The translations under genes and the position numbers were made by a program. DNA of 64,000 nucleotides from Leptogorgia sarmentosa (taxonomy: Eukaryota), in the NCBI GenBank assembly GCA_964658305.1, contig OZ210885.1:15128001-15192000 (forward strand), given 5' to 3'. The notes beneath the pieces were generated by a model. It was given only the letters and a program-made list of their open reading frames with translations, was not told the origin of the DNA and made no database searches. Of this stretch, positions 51,732-63,900 are shown one piece after another (the first letter of the stretch is position 1; each line of letters starts with the position of its first letter).

Positions 51732-51994
51732 ATTTAAAAATTAAACGAAACTTACCTTAAGTTAAAGTTTGATTGTAATTCTACTCATCATCAGCTGGAA
51801 CGAAGGAGTAACATGCCCACCCATGACAGGCCCGTCGCACTCCTTCGTTCCTGTTTACCCTTGGGAATCATTCGTCTCGAAAACTGGTTGACGAGCATGC
51901 GCGTGCTTCTCATGTTACTCCTTCATTCCAGCTGATGATGAGTAGAATTACAATCAAACTTCAACTTAAGGTAAGTTTCGTTTAATTTTTAAAT
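51732..51994. repeat. DIRS 3' end: 84-bp inverted repeat (internal complementary region / right terminal repeat)
   Basis: 51732-51815 is near-perfectly inverted at 51911-51994; a partial third copy lies at ~51693-51732. Confidence 0.8.
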
Positions 51995-51999
51995 GAAAC

Positions 52000-52486
52000 C
52001 AAATGATGTTGCGTTGCCTATTTCTGCGTGTTTGTGGTGCTTGATTCATGTATTCAAGCTTGTGGTCGAAATTGCTGTGCCTTAGTGCGTTTTGGTAAGC
52101 AGGAGCACTTTCATGGAATGTGTGCTCATCTGATGAGTGTCGAAATGCGCTTGTTGATCGATGTGGGGAGTTGTCTTATGATGCTTGGTGGGTGGTTGGA
52201 ATGTTTGTTTGTGTATAGTGGATCGTCATTAGGCTTTCTATAGGGCTTAAATTTTCCCTTGTTAAGATCGAAAGTGACATCTAAGAAATTTACTACATGC
52301 AAATTTGCCTCAGCTGTTATTTTTAAACCGAAATTGTCGAAACATTTGTGGAGTTCTTTCCTGGTTTTATCTGCCAAACGTACCGATTTGTTTTTCATGA
52401 TAGCCAATCCATCATCTCTGTATAAACCGATGTTTTCTTTGCCAAATTTCCCCCCTAGATCGTTTAATATGAAAAGGCCTACAATT
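52000..52486 (-). pseudogene. Penelope-like element reverse transcriptase fragment
   Basis: IGLYRDDGL, VNFLDVTFDL, YRKPNDDPLY, SNHPPSII. Confidence 0.88.
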
Positions 52487-52505
52487 TGATAGGCCTACAT
52501 ATATA

Positions 52506-52551
52506 ACTACAGACGGAACCATTTCGTCCTTTTGGGACTCATCAGTGTAGT
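52506..52551 (-). ncRNA. Minimal type-I hammerhead ribozyme, copy A
   Basis: ACUACA-CUGAUGA-GUCC(CAAAA)GGAC-GAA-AUGG(UU)CCGU-C/-UGUAGU; stem III has one U-G wobble. Confidence 0.85.
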
Positions 52552-52754
52552 GCAGATGAGTTTCAGGAACAAACACGGCTCATTATGAGTCCTGTCCGAT
52601 GTCTCACAGATTGTGGGACACCGAAACTATGCCAGAGTGCTCAAACTGCATACGCGCAGTGAGTGTTGCACTATGGCTTGCAGCATAGTCTTGTCCTGAA
52701 TAGAGTGCTCAACACCGCCTCGGTATAACCTCATCAGCTAATGGAGCGTATCTA

Positions 52755-52800
52755 ACTACAGACGGAACCGTTTCGTCCTTTTGGGACTCATCAGTGTAGT
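52755..52800 (-). ncRNA. Minimal type-I hammerhead ribozyme, copy B
   Basis: ACUACA-CUGAUGA-GUCC(CAAAA)GGAC-GAA-ACGG(UU)CCGU-C/-UGUAGU; full catalytic core, three stems, GUC cleavage triplet. Confidence 0.92.
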
Positions 52801-52956
52801 GCAGATGAGTATATATTAGTTCTATGCACCAGCACAATAGGCAATCCCTGTGGAGGTAGAGGAACACGGGCTCAGCTTTCGAGATTGCACAATAGGTCGA
52901 TGGCAGAAGGCTGGTACCCACTAGTTACTGGTCCCCAAACCCAGAACACGTACAAA

Positions 52957-53047
52957 ATGGTGGACTGTGACAATCACTGCAATAAGTTTTGCTCAAATTG
53001 TGGGAAAAAGGCTGCTGTGACTGTGAATTATTGTATTTTTTGTGGAG
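52957..53047 (+). other. Isolated first exon encoding a double zinc ribbon (FCSNCG...YCIFCG)
   Basis: AAAATGG start, CxxC-x10-CxxC, ends at a G|GTAGG donor; no downstream exons identified. Confidence 0.45.
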
Positions 53048-54148
53048 GTAGGTAAATATTATTTACGCTGAACGTTTAGTATTGATGTTTTTTTACGATA
53101 TGGGAAACGTTGTTTCATAGCTAGTATAAAATATGCACGCCAGAAAAAGCGTATTCTTTACACGATATAAATACATAACAAAATGTTGGCAACTATATTT
53201 TGGCCTGACGAACATGCATCTTTGTTTGAATACAAATTGAACTCCCCATAATATTGAAAATAGGAAAAAACTATAAAATTTTAATCTGTTAATTTTCCTT
53301 CGCATAATACTGCGCACTGCGCATCGGTATATCTCGTACGTTTACCATATATGGATTATCATACCTTATATGCAACAAAACATAGACAAGCAAATGCACA
53401 GCAATGGCAAGAAAATACATCGGAACAACGAGCAAATAGCATGTACATCTTGCGACATACATTCTGATAGTATCCAATATGGCGGAATTAAATGAAATTT
53501 TTCTTAAATTCTCCCTTATACTACGTTTCAAACAATTGTTTGTCATGGATTTAATACCATTTACAGATTTAACTCTAGGCCAATATATTTACTGAGCACA
53601 TTGAATGGACGTTCTCTGACTGAATTTATTTATATTAGTACGTTCTTATAACTGCCAGCACACTCGGTGCTCGCCAGTAATCAGTCCAAGATGATAAGTA
53701 TCGAATGAAAATAATTATTATATAAAGTATAGTGTTTTGCAGAACTTTCTGCCACACATGAGATAAATTCGTATTTTCACTCATCCATGTATTATTCTCT
53801 GAATCTCTGTTCAATCAGAAAAGCATCTCCAAATTATTGCTGTATTTTGCTGTATAGAATTGAGTAGTGTCACATTGTTACAGGCGTAGAGCCACTGACA
53901 AGTGATGTTTGTACTGCTCTTTCCAAGTTGTTGGACATTTACAACTCTCAATGTCAGACAAGCTTGATGGGATTACCCAACATGTTACAAAGTTGTTCCA
54001 GCAACACCGATATAGTAATGATATAACAATATTGTAACATTTTTGTGTGTTGTCAACTTTGTGGCAATCTTCAGACAAGAGGACTGTATTAGGGTACTTA
54101 GGATGTCCAACCTTCTAACGAGTTATACTGTGGGAGTCAAAAGTCCAG

Positions 54149-54381
54149 GGGCCGGTTGTACGAAGCCCGTTTAGCCTAAACGGTGGATAAGCCAAAATTT
54201 AATAACACTCTCACAACCCTTGTAAACCTATGAATTTAAATTTCATGCACTAAATACGTAGTGGCAGTCATAGATGTTCTGTTCATGTTGAAAACAAGTT
54301 TTGTTGTTCAATGAATTAATAGACTTGTTTTTATTTTTCAGCTTATCTGCCGTTTAGGTTAAACAGGCGTACAACCGGCCC
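54149..54381. mobile_element. Harbinger-type MITE
   Basis: CAG|GGGCCGGTTGTACG...CGTACAACCGGCCC|CAG, 3-bp TSD. Confidence 0.85.
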
Positions 54382-54598
54382 CAGTTCATAATGAGTTGCT
54401 AATTGTCATTTTAAACAAGCTTATAATAACTACCTAACTATAACTATAATAACTAGGGAACTTAAGCAAAGACGTTTTAGAGACCGCGGCGACGTGAAGA
54501 AGAAAAAGACTGGGGACAAGAATTCCCCGTTCGCGCCAAATTTTAAATCATTTAAGCTTCACGAGCGACGGCGCCGGAGCTGAAGTGGAAAACGCAAA

Positions 54599-56142
54599 AT
54601 GGCGAGTTTTAAGGAATTGAGAAACATGCTACTAATTGCCTATGATAGTGGCGACTTGTCTGACGAAGATTTTCTGGTTTTATACACCGCTTACCAGTCG
54701 AAGAATCCTGAATTTCCTTTTTCTGTTTATGGAAGATTTTGTTATGATGCTATTGATGAAGCAGAGTGTTTGGCAAACTTTAGAGTTAGAAAGCAGGATA
54801 TCCCTTTACTAGTGGAAGTTCTAGGTATTCCAGAGAAAATTACATGCCCTCAAAGAAGTATTTGCTCCGGTATTGAAGCATTTTGCATCCTCCTTAAACG
54901 CCTCGCATATCCATGCCGTTACTCCGACATGATACCACATTTTGGTAGACCGGTTCCAGAACTCTGCATGATTACAAATACCATGTTAGACTGGATTTTC
55001 GACAACCATGGCCATCGAATATTGGATTGGAACGCAAATGTTCTGAATGCTCAAGCACTTGAAGCCTATGCGGATGCCATTCAAAGGAAAGGTGCACCAT
55101 TACGTAATTGTTTCGGCTTCGTAGATGGGACAGTTAGACCCATTTCGCGTCCAGGGAAAAATCAAAGAGTTGTATACAACGGGCACAAACGTGTACACTC
55201 CCTAAAGTTTCAATCTGTGGCTCTACCAAACGGACTTATAGGACAAATGTATGGTCCTGTAGGTAGGGTGTTTTTGTTTGTCATTAAACACGAGTCATTC
55301 ATTAATTTGTCATTAACATTTCCAAGAAGGGACCAGATATAGAGTGAAAGAGGGCTGGGCTGGGGAAATGGGGGAGGGGCAGAAAAGGTTAGATGCAAAT
55401 CAAGAGGGTGGGTCATGTGAAAAGATATTCGACAAAGACATTCCACCATAGTGCATGTTTATTGAACTAAATTTTAAAAAAAACTTAATACATTGAAATG
55501 GTTATTTCTATCTATTCAAAAGAAAATAATATAACGTTAATACCCGCATTCCTCAAAGGGTGTGGCTACAAGATTTCATGCATCTGTTAAGGGGTGAGTT
55601 AGGAAATTTACCGACACCGTCTATATGAATTTCCCAGCACACCCCTCTTTTTCTTTATGACCCCTCCCTAACTTCTATATAATTTTAAGAAATTTGTGAA
55701 CTATATTTCAAGTTTCTTCCAAATTTTAGAAGGCAAGAGGCACGACGCTGGAATGTTAGCAGATTCCAACCTTCTTCAGAATCTGGAAGCTCATGCCTTC
55801 TCCACTACAGGTGAAGTTATGTCAATATATGGTGATCCTGCCTATCCTCTAAGAGTACACCTACAAGCACCATACCGAAATGCAAATATCACTCCTGCAA
55901 TGCAAAATTTCAACCGAGCAATGAGTTCAGTAAGAGTGTCGGTTGAATGGCTTTTTGGTGATATTACTAATTACTTTCGCTTTATCGATTTCAAGAAGAA
56001 TCTTAAAATTGGCATGAGTTCTGTTGGGAAAACCTATCTAGTATGTGCACTATTTCATAATGCACTAACATGTTTATATGGAAATATGACATCAGAGTTT
56101 TTTGATCTTGATCCTCCAACTCTGCAAGAATATTTTCAATGA
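54599..56142 (+). CDS. Harbinger DDE transposase (HARBI1-like), exons 54599-55262 and 55730-56142
   Basis: GFVDGT, YNGHKRVHSLKFQ, YGPV|EGKRHDA across a GT-AG intron, YGDPAY, RVSVEWLFG. Confidence 0.92.
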
Positions 56143-56499
56143 ACTTTAAAAACTATGATGATTATTACTACACTATAAATAGAATAGTAAATGACCACAG
56201 ATCTCAGTGAAAACATACATGTAGTATTTTCCAAGAGTGTAACAAATTTATATTACATGGATGTATTAAGGCAAATGCCAACTTTTGGTAGATAAGCAAA
56301 ATTGAATGTAACTTCAATCTCTAACGAACACAAAATATGAAAGTAGATAACTAAAAAACATTCTCAACATTTCATTTTATCGATGTAAATATACTGTACC
56401 TATAAACAATATAAAAAGTAACAACACAAGAGAGTGTACAGAAACAAGATATTGTGAGTCATCAAACCTTTATAGTGTTGTCAGTTGATGAGCATAAAA

Positions 56500-57393
56500 T
56501 TACTTATTTAAAAGGTTTTGCATAACTGAAACGAGAGCTTGATTCATCAACTGCTGCTGCTGTAGCATTTGTTGTTGAGCTTCTTGTTGTCGATCGGCCT
56601 GCTGTTTCATGATTTCCAACATCGACTGTTGTTGTTGCATTGCCATGTCTTGCTGTTTGCGCTTAATTTCGTTCTCCTCATGGCGAATAGCCTGTTCAAC
56701 TTTTGCTTTTTCCTTTAAATACGACACGAGCTCACCACCAGTTCTTCGTTTTTTAATTTCTTTGGGTTTGCCATCACCTTCGGCATCGTTTTTCCTTTTA
56801 GAGGTACCCCTCATGGTTTCCATGGCCTGTTTACGCATTTCTTCAGCTGTTTCTCTATCACTCGACTTTCTCGTTACTAATGCAACCGAACTTTCTTCTT
56901 TCTCCCATAGCTCCTCTATCAAAATATCTTTCTCACTTGGATCGTCTGGTTCTATTCCGGATGCTGATTCTTCCTCGTACATTTTCCTTTTGAATTTGGT
57001 GAGAAGTAAGCTCCACCTGTCTCGAACGCCTCGCTTGTCTTTTATGTTGTACTTGAGACTCTCGTTGCGATTAAGTCGATTGGTTATGTCATCCCAAACT
57101 TTTCCGCGATCTACACTTCCTTTCTTGTACATAAAAATATCGCTTGCAACCATTTCTCTGAGAAATAATACGTCGTGTTCTTCAGTCCATTCCATTGCTC
57201 TAAAGGAGCGAAAACAAAAGCAGCTTGTTTATATATACAACACTTCAAAATAGCAAGGAATCAACACAATTAAGTTTCCAAAATGATCTGCTAATAACAA
57301 CAACAACAAATGATATAACAACAGACACAATTTCAATTAAATATTATACTAAGGTTAAACTTACGGTTGTTTGGACTTCTTTATTGACTCCAT
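56500..57393 (-). CDS. Harbinger Myb/SANT-like DNA-binding protein, exons 57393-57365 and 57199-56500
   Basis: MEWTEEHD...VWDDI...RDRWSLL tryptophan spacing, Gln-rich coiled-coil tail, in-frame GT-AG intron. Confidence 0.88.
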
Positions 57394-58231
57394 GACCGAA
57401 GTGTAAAAGCGACGTTTTAGAGACAACGCGAAAATAAGCAATTTGCCCTCGGCGCGAGCTCACCGCGAAACATTGTCAAACTGGAAAACGTCAACAGGAA
57501 GTAAAATTTATTTCCTGTTACCGTTGTCGCCTTTCCCGCCGTCTTTGCTTAAGTTCCCTATTATTACTTGGGGGGGGGGGGGGGGGGCAGGTTTCTTCAA
57601 CCACTAATTACATAATTGCTGATGTTTTCTTCACAATTTTTGGTTCCCTTGTGTACATTTTGGTTCAAATTAAAAGATTTATGCAAAAATTCTATGAGAA
57701 CTAAATATCTCAGTTTCATTCTCTTTAGTGTACAGTTTACTTTAACTTTAAAATGTGCATAGATCTATTATTTACAGGCTTTCCCCAGTATATCATGGTA
57801 TTAGTTTTTCTCAACTATCCTAAATTACATTTTTTGACCTGTGCATAATTTGCACTAAAACACATCAACTCTCTGCAATGATTGCAAATTTGTCTAGTCG
57901 AATGTATTATAAGGCAAAATAAATTGTGGTCTTACATTGTGGAAAATCACTGAGCTATAATGCAAATATGACGAAACCAAGCCTCAAATTTATTCACAGT
58001 TGTGATACGTTTCCTCGCTGCATATATTTACTTGAATATTATCTTAAATGTTCACAAGTCGCCTATTGAACTTTTTTCCTAAACTTCTGACGATTTCTCT
58101 TCGACGACACACTCTAGATAGTAATAACTGTGTACACGACTCAGAATCAGCAACTTGTTTCCGAATCCCGAATATAATGAATTACAGCAATATCTGACAC
58201 TAATATAGTCTATAACAAATGATAATCAACA

Positions 58232-59110
58232 CAGTGCAGGGGTATTTTGTGGGGGGGGAGGGGGGGGGAATTCCCCCCCAAAAATTCCATATTCCCCCCC
58301 AAAAATTCCATATTCCCCCCCAAAAATTCCATATTCCCACCCAAATCTGGAAAAAGCTAAATTTTGGGGGGGAGCATTCCCCCCTAGATCAGGGTTGTTT
58401 TAAAAGTTGAGTTTTGATGAAATAATTATTCTTAAATTAATGCTTGTTACTGCATTGATATTAAGAATTCTATGAAACTAAATAAAGCAGGGGGAATTCC
58501 CCCCCAAATGAAAAATCTTTAAAAATTTGGGGGGGAGCTCCCACCCAGCTCCCAAAACCTTAAATACCCCTGCAGTGTGTCCAAACAAAGGCCCCCGCCA
58601 AACTTCTGATAAAATATATTTTTTACATGACGAGACATGCTGTTATTTTTATCCAATCAAAGTCCAGCATAACACTTTCTCAGTTTTCTGGACAAAACAT
58701 TGGAAGGTAAAATTTCTAGAGAGAGTTATTAATAGTGCGAGGACCAAAATTCTTACTTGTCCAACATTTGGGTAATTTATCTTAATTCGTCATATTTTGC
58801 AAATCGTTTTCAAAATTTGCAATCTAAACAACAAAATTTGATATACACCATGTCTCAATAGACGAAAAAAGCAGGGCCGGATAACGGTCTGAAAAGTATG
58901 CGAAATTAAAGCAAATCTTGGACAAGTAAGGAATTTGGTCCTCGCTATTTAAGTACACTATATCCAGAAATTTACCTTTTTACATTTTCTCAACAAAATT
59001 TGTAACTGAGAAGCTGTCATTTTGGTAAAACAAAATACAACTTGTACCATTCGTAAAATATTTATTCACAGAAATCTATAGCAGGGGGCATTTTTTTGGA
59101 ACACCCTTTG
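58232..59110. mobile_element. Old Tc1/mariner-type MITE whose left terminus is interrupted by a hAT-type MITE
   Basis: CAGTGTGTCCAAACAAAGGCCCCC vs GGGGGCATTTTTTTGGAACACCCT; internal inverted pair ~58731-58764 / ~58918-58949. Confidence 0.55.
58237..58572. mobile_element. hAT-type MITE with 5-bp TSD (hAT5-like)
   Basis: CAGTG|CAGGGGTATTT...AAATACCCCTG|CAGTG; internal ~21-bp tandem repeat x3. Confidence 0.75.
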
Positions 59111-59243
59111 GTCAGCCAAACATGGGGAAATCTCACAATTTGCGCAACTCTGTGGACAGGCCATCAACACGATGTGTTTGTACTGGTTAATTTCTGGCTG
59201 TTCAATGTTGTTAAAAAAAAAGTTTGCCGGGAATATGTCCATC

Positions 59244-60365
59244 TTGTGTCAAAGTCATACTTCCCAATGGAGTTACTGGCTGAAAGTTTGCATGCCAGTT
59301 TATCATACTAAGTGAAGTATCATACTCAAATTTCGGATCAATCGAGCAAACAGAAGTATGCGGTCTGACAAATTTCACACGATTTCTTCATATAGGGTGC
59401 TTAAGCACTCTTTCCAATAGAACATGTTGTGTCAAAGTCAGACTTCCAAATGGAGTTACTGGCTGAAAGTTTGCATGCCAGTTTATCATGCTACGTGAAG
59501 TATCATACTCGAATTTCAGATCAATCGAACAAATAGAAGTATGCAGTCTGCGAAATTTCACACGATTTCTTCAAATAGGGTTGGTTAATTATAAGGACTC
59601 TTTTTAACAGAACATGTTGTGTCAAAGTCATACTTCCAAATTGAGTTACTGGCTGAACGTTTGCATGCATGCCAGTTTATCATGCTACGTGAAGTATCAT
59701 ACTCGAATTTCAGATCAATCGAAACAAATAGAAGTATACGGTCTGCGAAATTTCACACGATTTCTTCAAATAGGGTTGCTTAATTATAAGCACTCTTTTT
59801 AACAGAACATGTTGTGTCAAAGTCATACTTCCAAATGGAGTTACTGGCTGAAAGTTTGTATGCCAGTTTATCATACTAAGTGAAGTATCATACTCAAATT
59901 TCAGATCAATCGAGCAAACAGAAGTATGCGGTCTGCGAAATTTCACACGATTTCTTCAAATAGGGTTGGTTAATTATAAGCACTCTTTTTAACAGAACAT
60001 GTTGTGTCAAAGTCATACTTCCAAATGGAGTTACTGGCTGAAAGTTTGCATGCCAGTTTATCATACTAAGTGAAGTATCATACTCAAATTTCAGATCAAT
60101 CGAGCAAACAGAAGTATGCGGTATGCGAAATTTCACATGATTTCTTCAAATAGGGTTGGTTAATTATAAGCACTCTTTCTAACAGAACATGTTGTGTCAA
60201 AGTCATACTTCCAAATGGAGTTACTGGCTGAAAGTTTGTATGCCAGTTTATATGGCTGAGAGTTTGCATGCATGCCAGTTTATCATGCTGAGTGAAGTAC
60301 CATTCCCTGACCATAGTACCATCTACTGAAATTTCAGATCAAACGAGGAAATAGAAGTATGCTGT
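59244..60365. repeat. Tandem satellite, ~190-bp unit, ~6 copies
   Basis: TTGTGTCAAAGTCA recurs at 59244, 59427, 59617, 59812, 60002 and 60192 (periods 183, 190, 195, 190, 190). Confidence 0.95.
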
Positions 60366-60961
60366 CAGTGAAATCCTGAACGATTGTACACAATGCAGGT
60401 AGAGAAGACACCTCTCCATACACAGCTACATGATACAATTATCATTAGTATTAGTTCAGGGTATTAAGTGGTATTTATTAACAGAATGTTTATAGTCAGA
60501 ATTTTTAACTGTACAAAAACAAATTATATACAATTCATCCAAAACGTTAAGTTTTTCAACTTTGTACGACATCGAGAAACCTGTGTTTTCTTGGGAAATG
60601 ACACAAAGGATTGTGAAAATGAAGGTAGTAACGGCCGACGCCATATCTTGTTAGCTGCTTTGCTGGGTTTTCTTATGAGTGACGATCTACTCAGTGTCAC
60701 TGCACTCAGGTGAACTAGTCATTCACTTAATTTTCACCATCATCATCCTCTTCGATTAACAGTTCCATCGTTTTCTGCAATCGCTTCGTCATTATAAACT
60801 TCGTTATAGACATACTCGTTGAAATGTAACGTCTCGTCAATTGTTCTTTTGAAATTAACTGCAGTCGCCTTTTTATTTCGATTCTACCTTTCAAATGTTA
60901 TGTGTGGTCAAGTGTGTTTTTTGCTCTGATAGCTTCATTTTTGAAGCTTCATTGCAATGGC

Positions 60962-63900
60962 TTATTGAAATGCTTCAAGTGGCATTCTTCGAGTGAAAGT
61001 GATTAGCTCCGCATATGACGTGTCGTTGATGTTGAGGACTTGCTGAATGGAGTTGAGGAATTCAGGCAAACAAGTACATACTCCTTTAACGATCACTGGA
61101 CCCATTGTATCGCCATGTTGATGACAGTCAATAAGCATTATGTTATCATTTTTATTAGTGAACAGCAGTGCAGTCCTTTGGCTGTATGTAATCAGCGCAG
61201 TAGCATCTTGTCCCTTCATTTTCTCATTTATTTGAAAACCAAGTCTGGAAGCACTACTCGAATCAATCAGACGAACGGGGAGTGCTGCTTCTAATTCCAC
61301 TGGTAAAACATCTCGTAATGTCAAAGCGGCTTCGTTTGGTGACAAGTTGCGAGCTCCTTGAGAAGAAGAATCGTATATCGTATTTCCAAGACGTATGCAA
61401 TTGATAACTAGGCCATACCAAAGCTCAGATAAAACACCATCATCAGGACACTGGACAGACAACGACAGTAGTGCTTTTCCTAACACAAATGAAACAATTG
61501 TACAAGAAAAGTTCCCCCTTATTTGCCTGTTATCAATTTTGTTGAGTGCCCTTGCTACAGGGAAAATCCAACAGCGGACAGAGGAGTTTGAAACGCGCAA
61601 AAATTTGATATCCTCTCTGGTACAACCTTCTACAACAGGACGAGATGCAAGTTGGGTAGGGTTAGTGTTGGGTAATTCATCTGGATTCATATTAGCGGTT
61701 GACTGCCCATTCGGATCTACGCTAATAGACTGGTGGTTGTCGACGGTCAGGTTAGATGTTTTCTGTTGTGTTAAGGAAATGGTGGACGTATTGACTGAGA
61801 CTGGGTTTTGGTTACTCTCTGGCAGTTGACTGGTTTGATAAAATAGGGTAGGGGTACTGCTGGACTAGTGGTTTGGTGCTAGGTTTGAAGTGGACTGGAA
61901 GTTTGAACTTATATTACTGGTTGACTGTTGGACTATGTCATTGTTACTGGTTGGTTGGGTTGGTATAAAAGAAGAGGTGGATATGTTTTCAGAAGTAGAT
62001 GGGTGGTTTGAGAAACCAAGGTCAGTTGGGGTTATTCGGTTGGAGGTTAAGTTGAATGAGGTAGGTTCTTTCGCAATGGTTTGCTCCAGTCGTCTTACTT
62101 TAGCTGGTGTTTCTTCTGCTTCAGGTAGTTGGTTCACCACAATTTGGCCGAACTGGTTGATTGTTAAGTTTTTTCCAAACTAAAAAAAATTGAAATAAAT
62201 TACAGGTAGCTTGACAGCCATTGCAAAATGTAAACTAACTAGAATATTAAACGGTGCACAGATATTATCAAACAATTGAAACCGTAATTCTGCGCTAAAT
62301 AACAATGATATTGGATTGTTACCGTACCTGACGGATATGACTATTATACATTTTATTGTTCATTTTTTGGTTTGTGAAATAAGCAACCAATCTTTCAACA
62401 AATACCGCATTATGGGGTGTCAACAAAGTGGTGAAATAGTTATCTCTATTTCTTCGATTGTTCAGTTGTTCGGCAGTCTCCAAATTCATCTTGCCACCAA
62501 GTTGCCTGACACAAGAAGCACGACGTAATGAGTCAGCTGGGTTAACGGTATTTTTCTCATGAAATGGATCGAATAAACTGAAATGTTCGCAAGATCGTGT
62601 GACGGGATTATAAAGTGCTTGCTCATTATTATCGCGATGGAACTCTTCAGAAATTTGTCCATGAACACCATTTGGATACCATGGCCAGTCCACACGCAAT
62701 TCGCCGTTTTCAGCCTTTTCGATACTTTCACTCGTAGCCTCAGCAACACGGCCTTCGTTTGGACCAAAAACATCAAGACCCCGATTCCTTCCATGTGCCA
62801 CGATCATGTTTCCTATATCGCACACGATGACATTTGGAAGAACAGCGAGACTCTTCAACATATCGACATGATCTCTCGGGCCTTCTTGACGTAAGAGCCA
62901 TTTCAATCCATAGCAGATACCATGAGGGCATGTCATACCAAGCCATCCACCTACATTGGTGAATGCCAAGTATATTTTGGTTTATTATGAGACAACCTAG
63001 GATTAAATCTAAATTAATTCACTCGTCACAGGACTAGATCAATTAAGACTGGATGAATGTAATCATTTTTTACTTTGCAGACACTATGTTACCCAATCTG
63101 AAACAAACTTTTTTAACTTGTAATCTAGCAAAGTCCTCTAAGGTGGGTTTAAAATAATTTTTCTGTACATTTTTTATACTAACCTGAACCTCCCCACATT
63201 TTGGAGAAAAGCGTAACAAACTTTTCCTCAATGTTCAAAGCACTTTTAAGCCTATTCAAAATATCAACCTTTGAGCCTTTATCACTTAGATTTAGGTTTC
63301 TGGCGATCTCTCTTAAAACAGAAGCCTATGAAGAAAAAAAACGATTTATAACACAAAAAACGAAGAAGGGATTTATATCCCTTTCATTTTGAGTTCAGAT
63401 ATCCAACATAATCACATAAGATATCGCGCGGGTGTCGCACTGTATACTGTGAGAAAGCTTACTACACCATAGGTGTTTGTGCGTTCGTCGTTAATTGCCT
63501 GGTTGAAAATATATTGGTATAAAATTGTACTTGTATTTAAACAATATTTGCATTGTTAACTTATTCATATACCTTACCTGGCTCTCACAGAACAGATCCA
63601 TGATTTTTTCAATTGAAAGATCATTCTGAAGCGTCCCATTTGAAGTAACATTGGCTTTATGGTTTGCCTTTTGGAACTCCGAATTAACGACAAGTTTGCC
63701 TTTCTTACACTTTGGACCAATATAGGGTGACCAAAACGTATAATTTGGTTTAATTTGCAACATATTCGGTTCTGATCCTAAAATATATAAAAAATATAAT
63801 TATGTAACATAATTTTACACAATTAGTTTTTCCTTTGTACGTTAAAAACAGAGTAGAGAGAGAGAGAGAGGAGAGAGTTCCTGAAGAATTACCTCTCAAA

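Larger units (their letters stand above)
54455..57559. mobile_element. Apparently intact PIF/Harbinger-superfamily transposon
   Basis: 20-bp TIR AGGGAACTTAAGCAAAGACG; flanks ACT / ATT; convergent transposase and Myb/SANT-like genes. Confidence 0.93.

Noticed and set aside
51715..51945. CTGATGA motifs in the DIRS end
   Set aside because: No hammerhead stems or GAAA core in the required geometry.
56609..57253. Long antisense ORFs (also 18769-19308, 10867-11340, 61395-61829)
   Set aside because: They are shadows of well-supported genes on the opposite strand and have no motifs.
57570..57587. Poly-G run
   Set aside because: Simple homopolymer with no supporting context for function.
59244..60365. 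CRISPR-like array, or coding ORFs 59614-60314
   Set aside because: Whole units repeat with no unique spacers, there are no cas genes, the context is eukaryotic, and the ORFs are by-products of the repeat.
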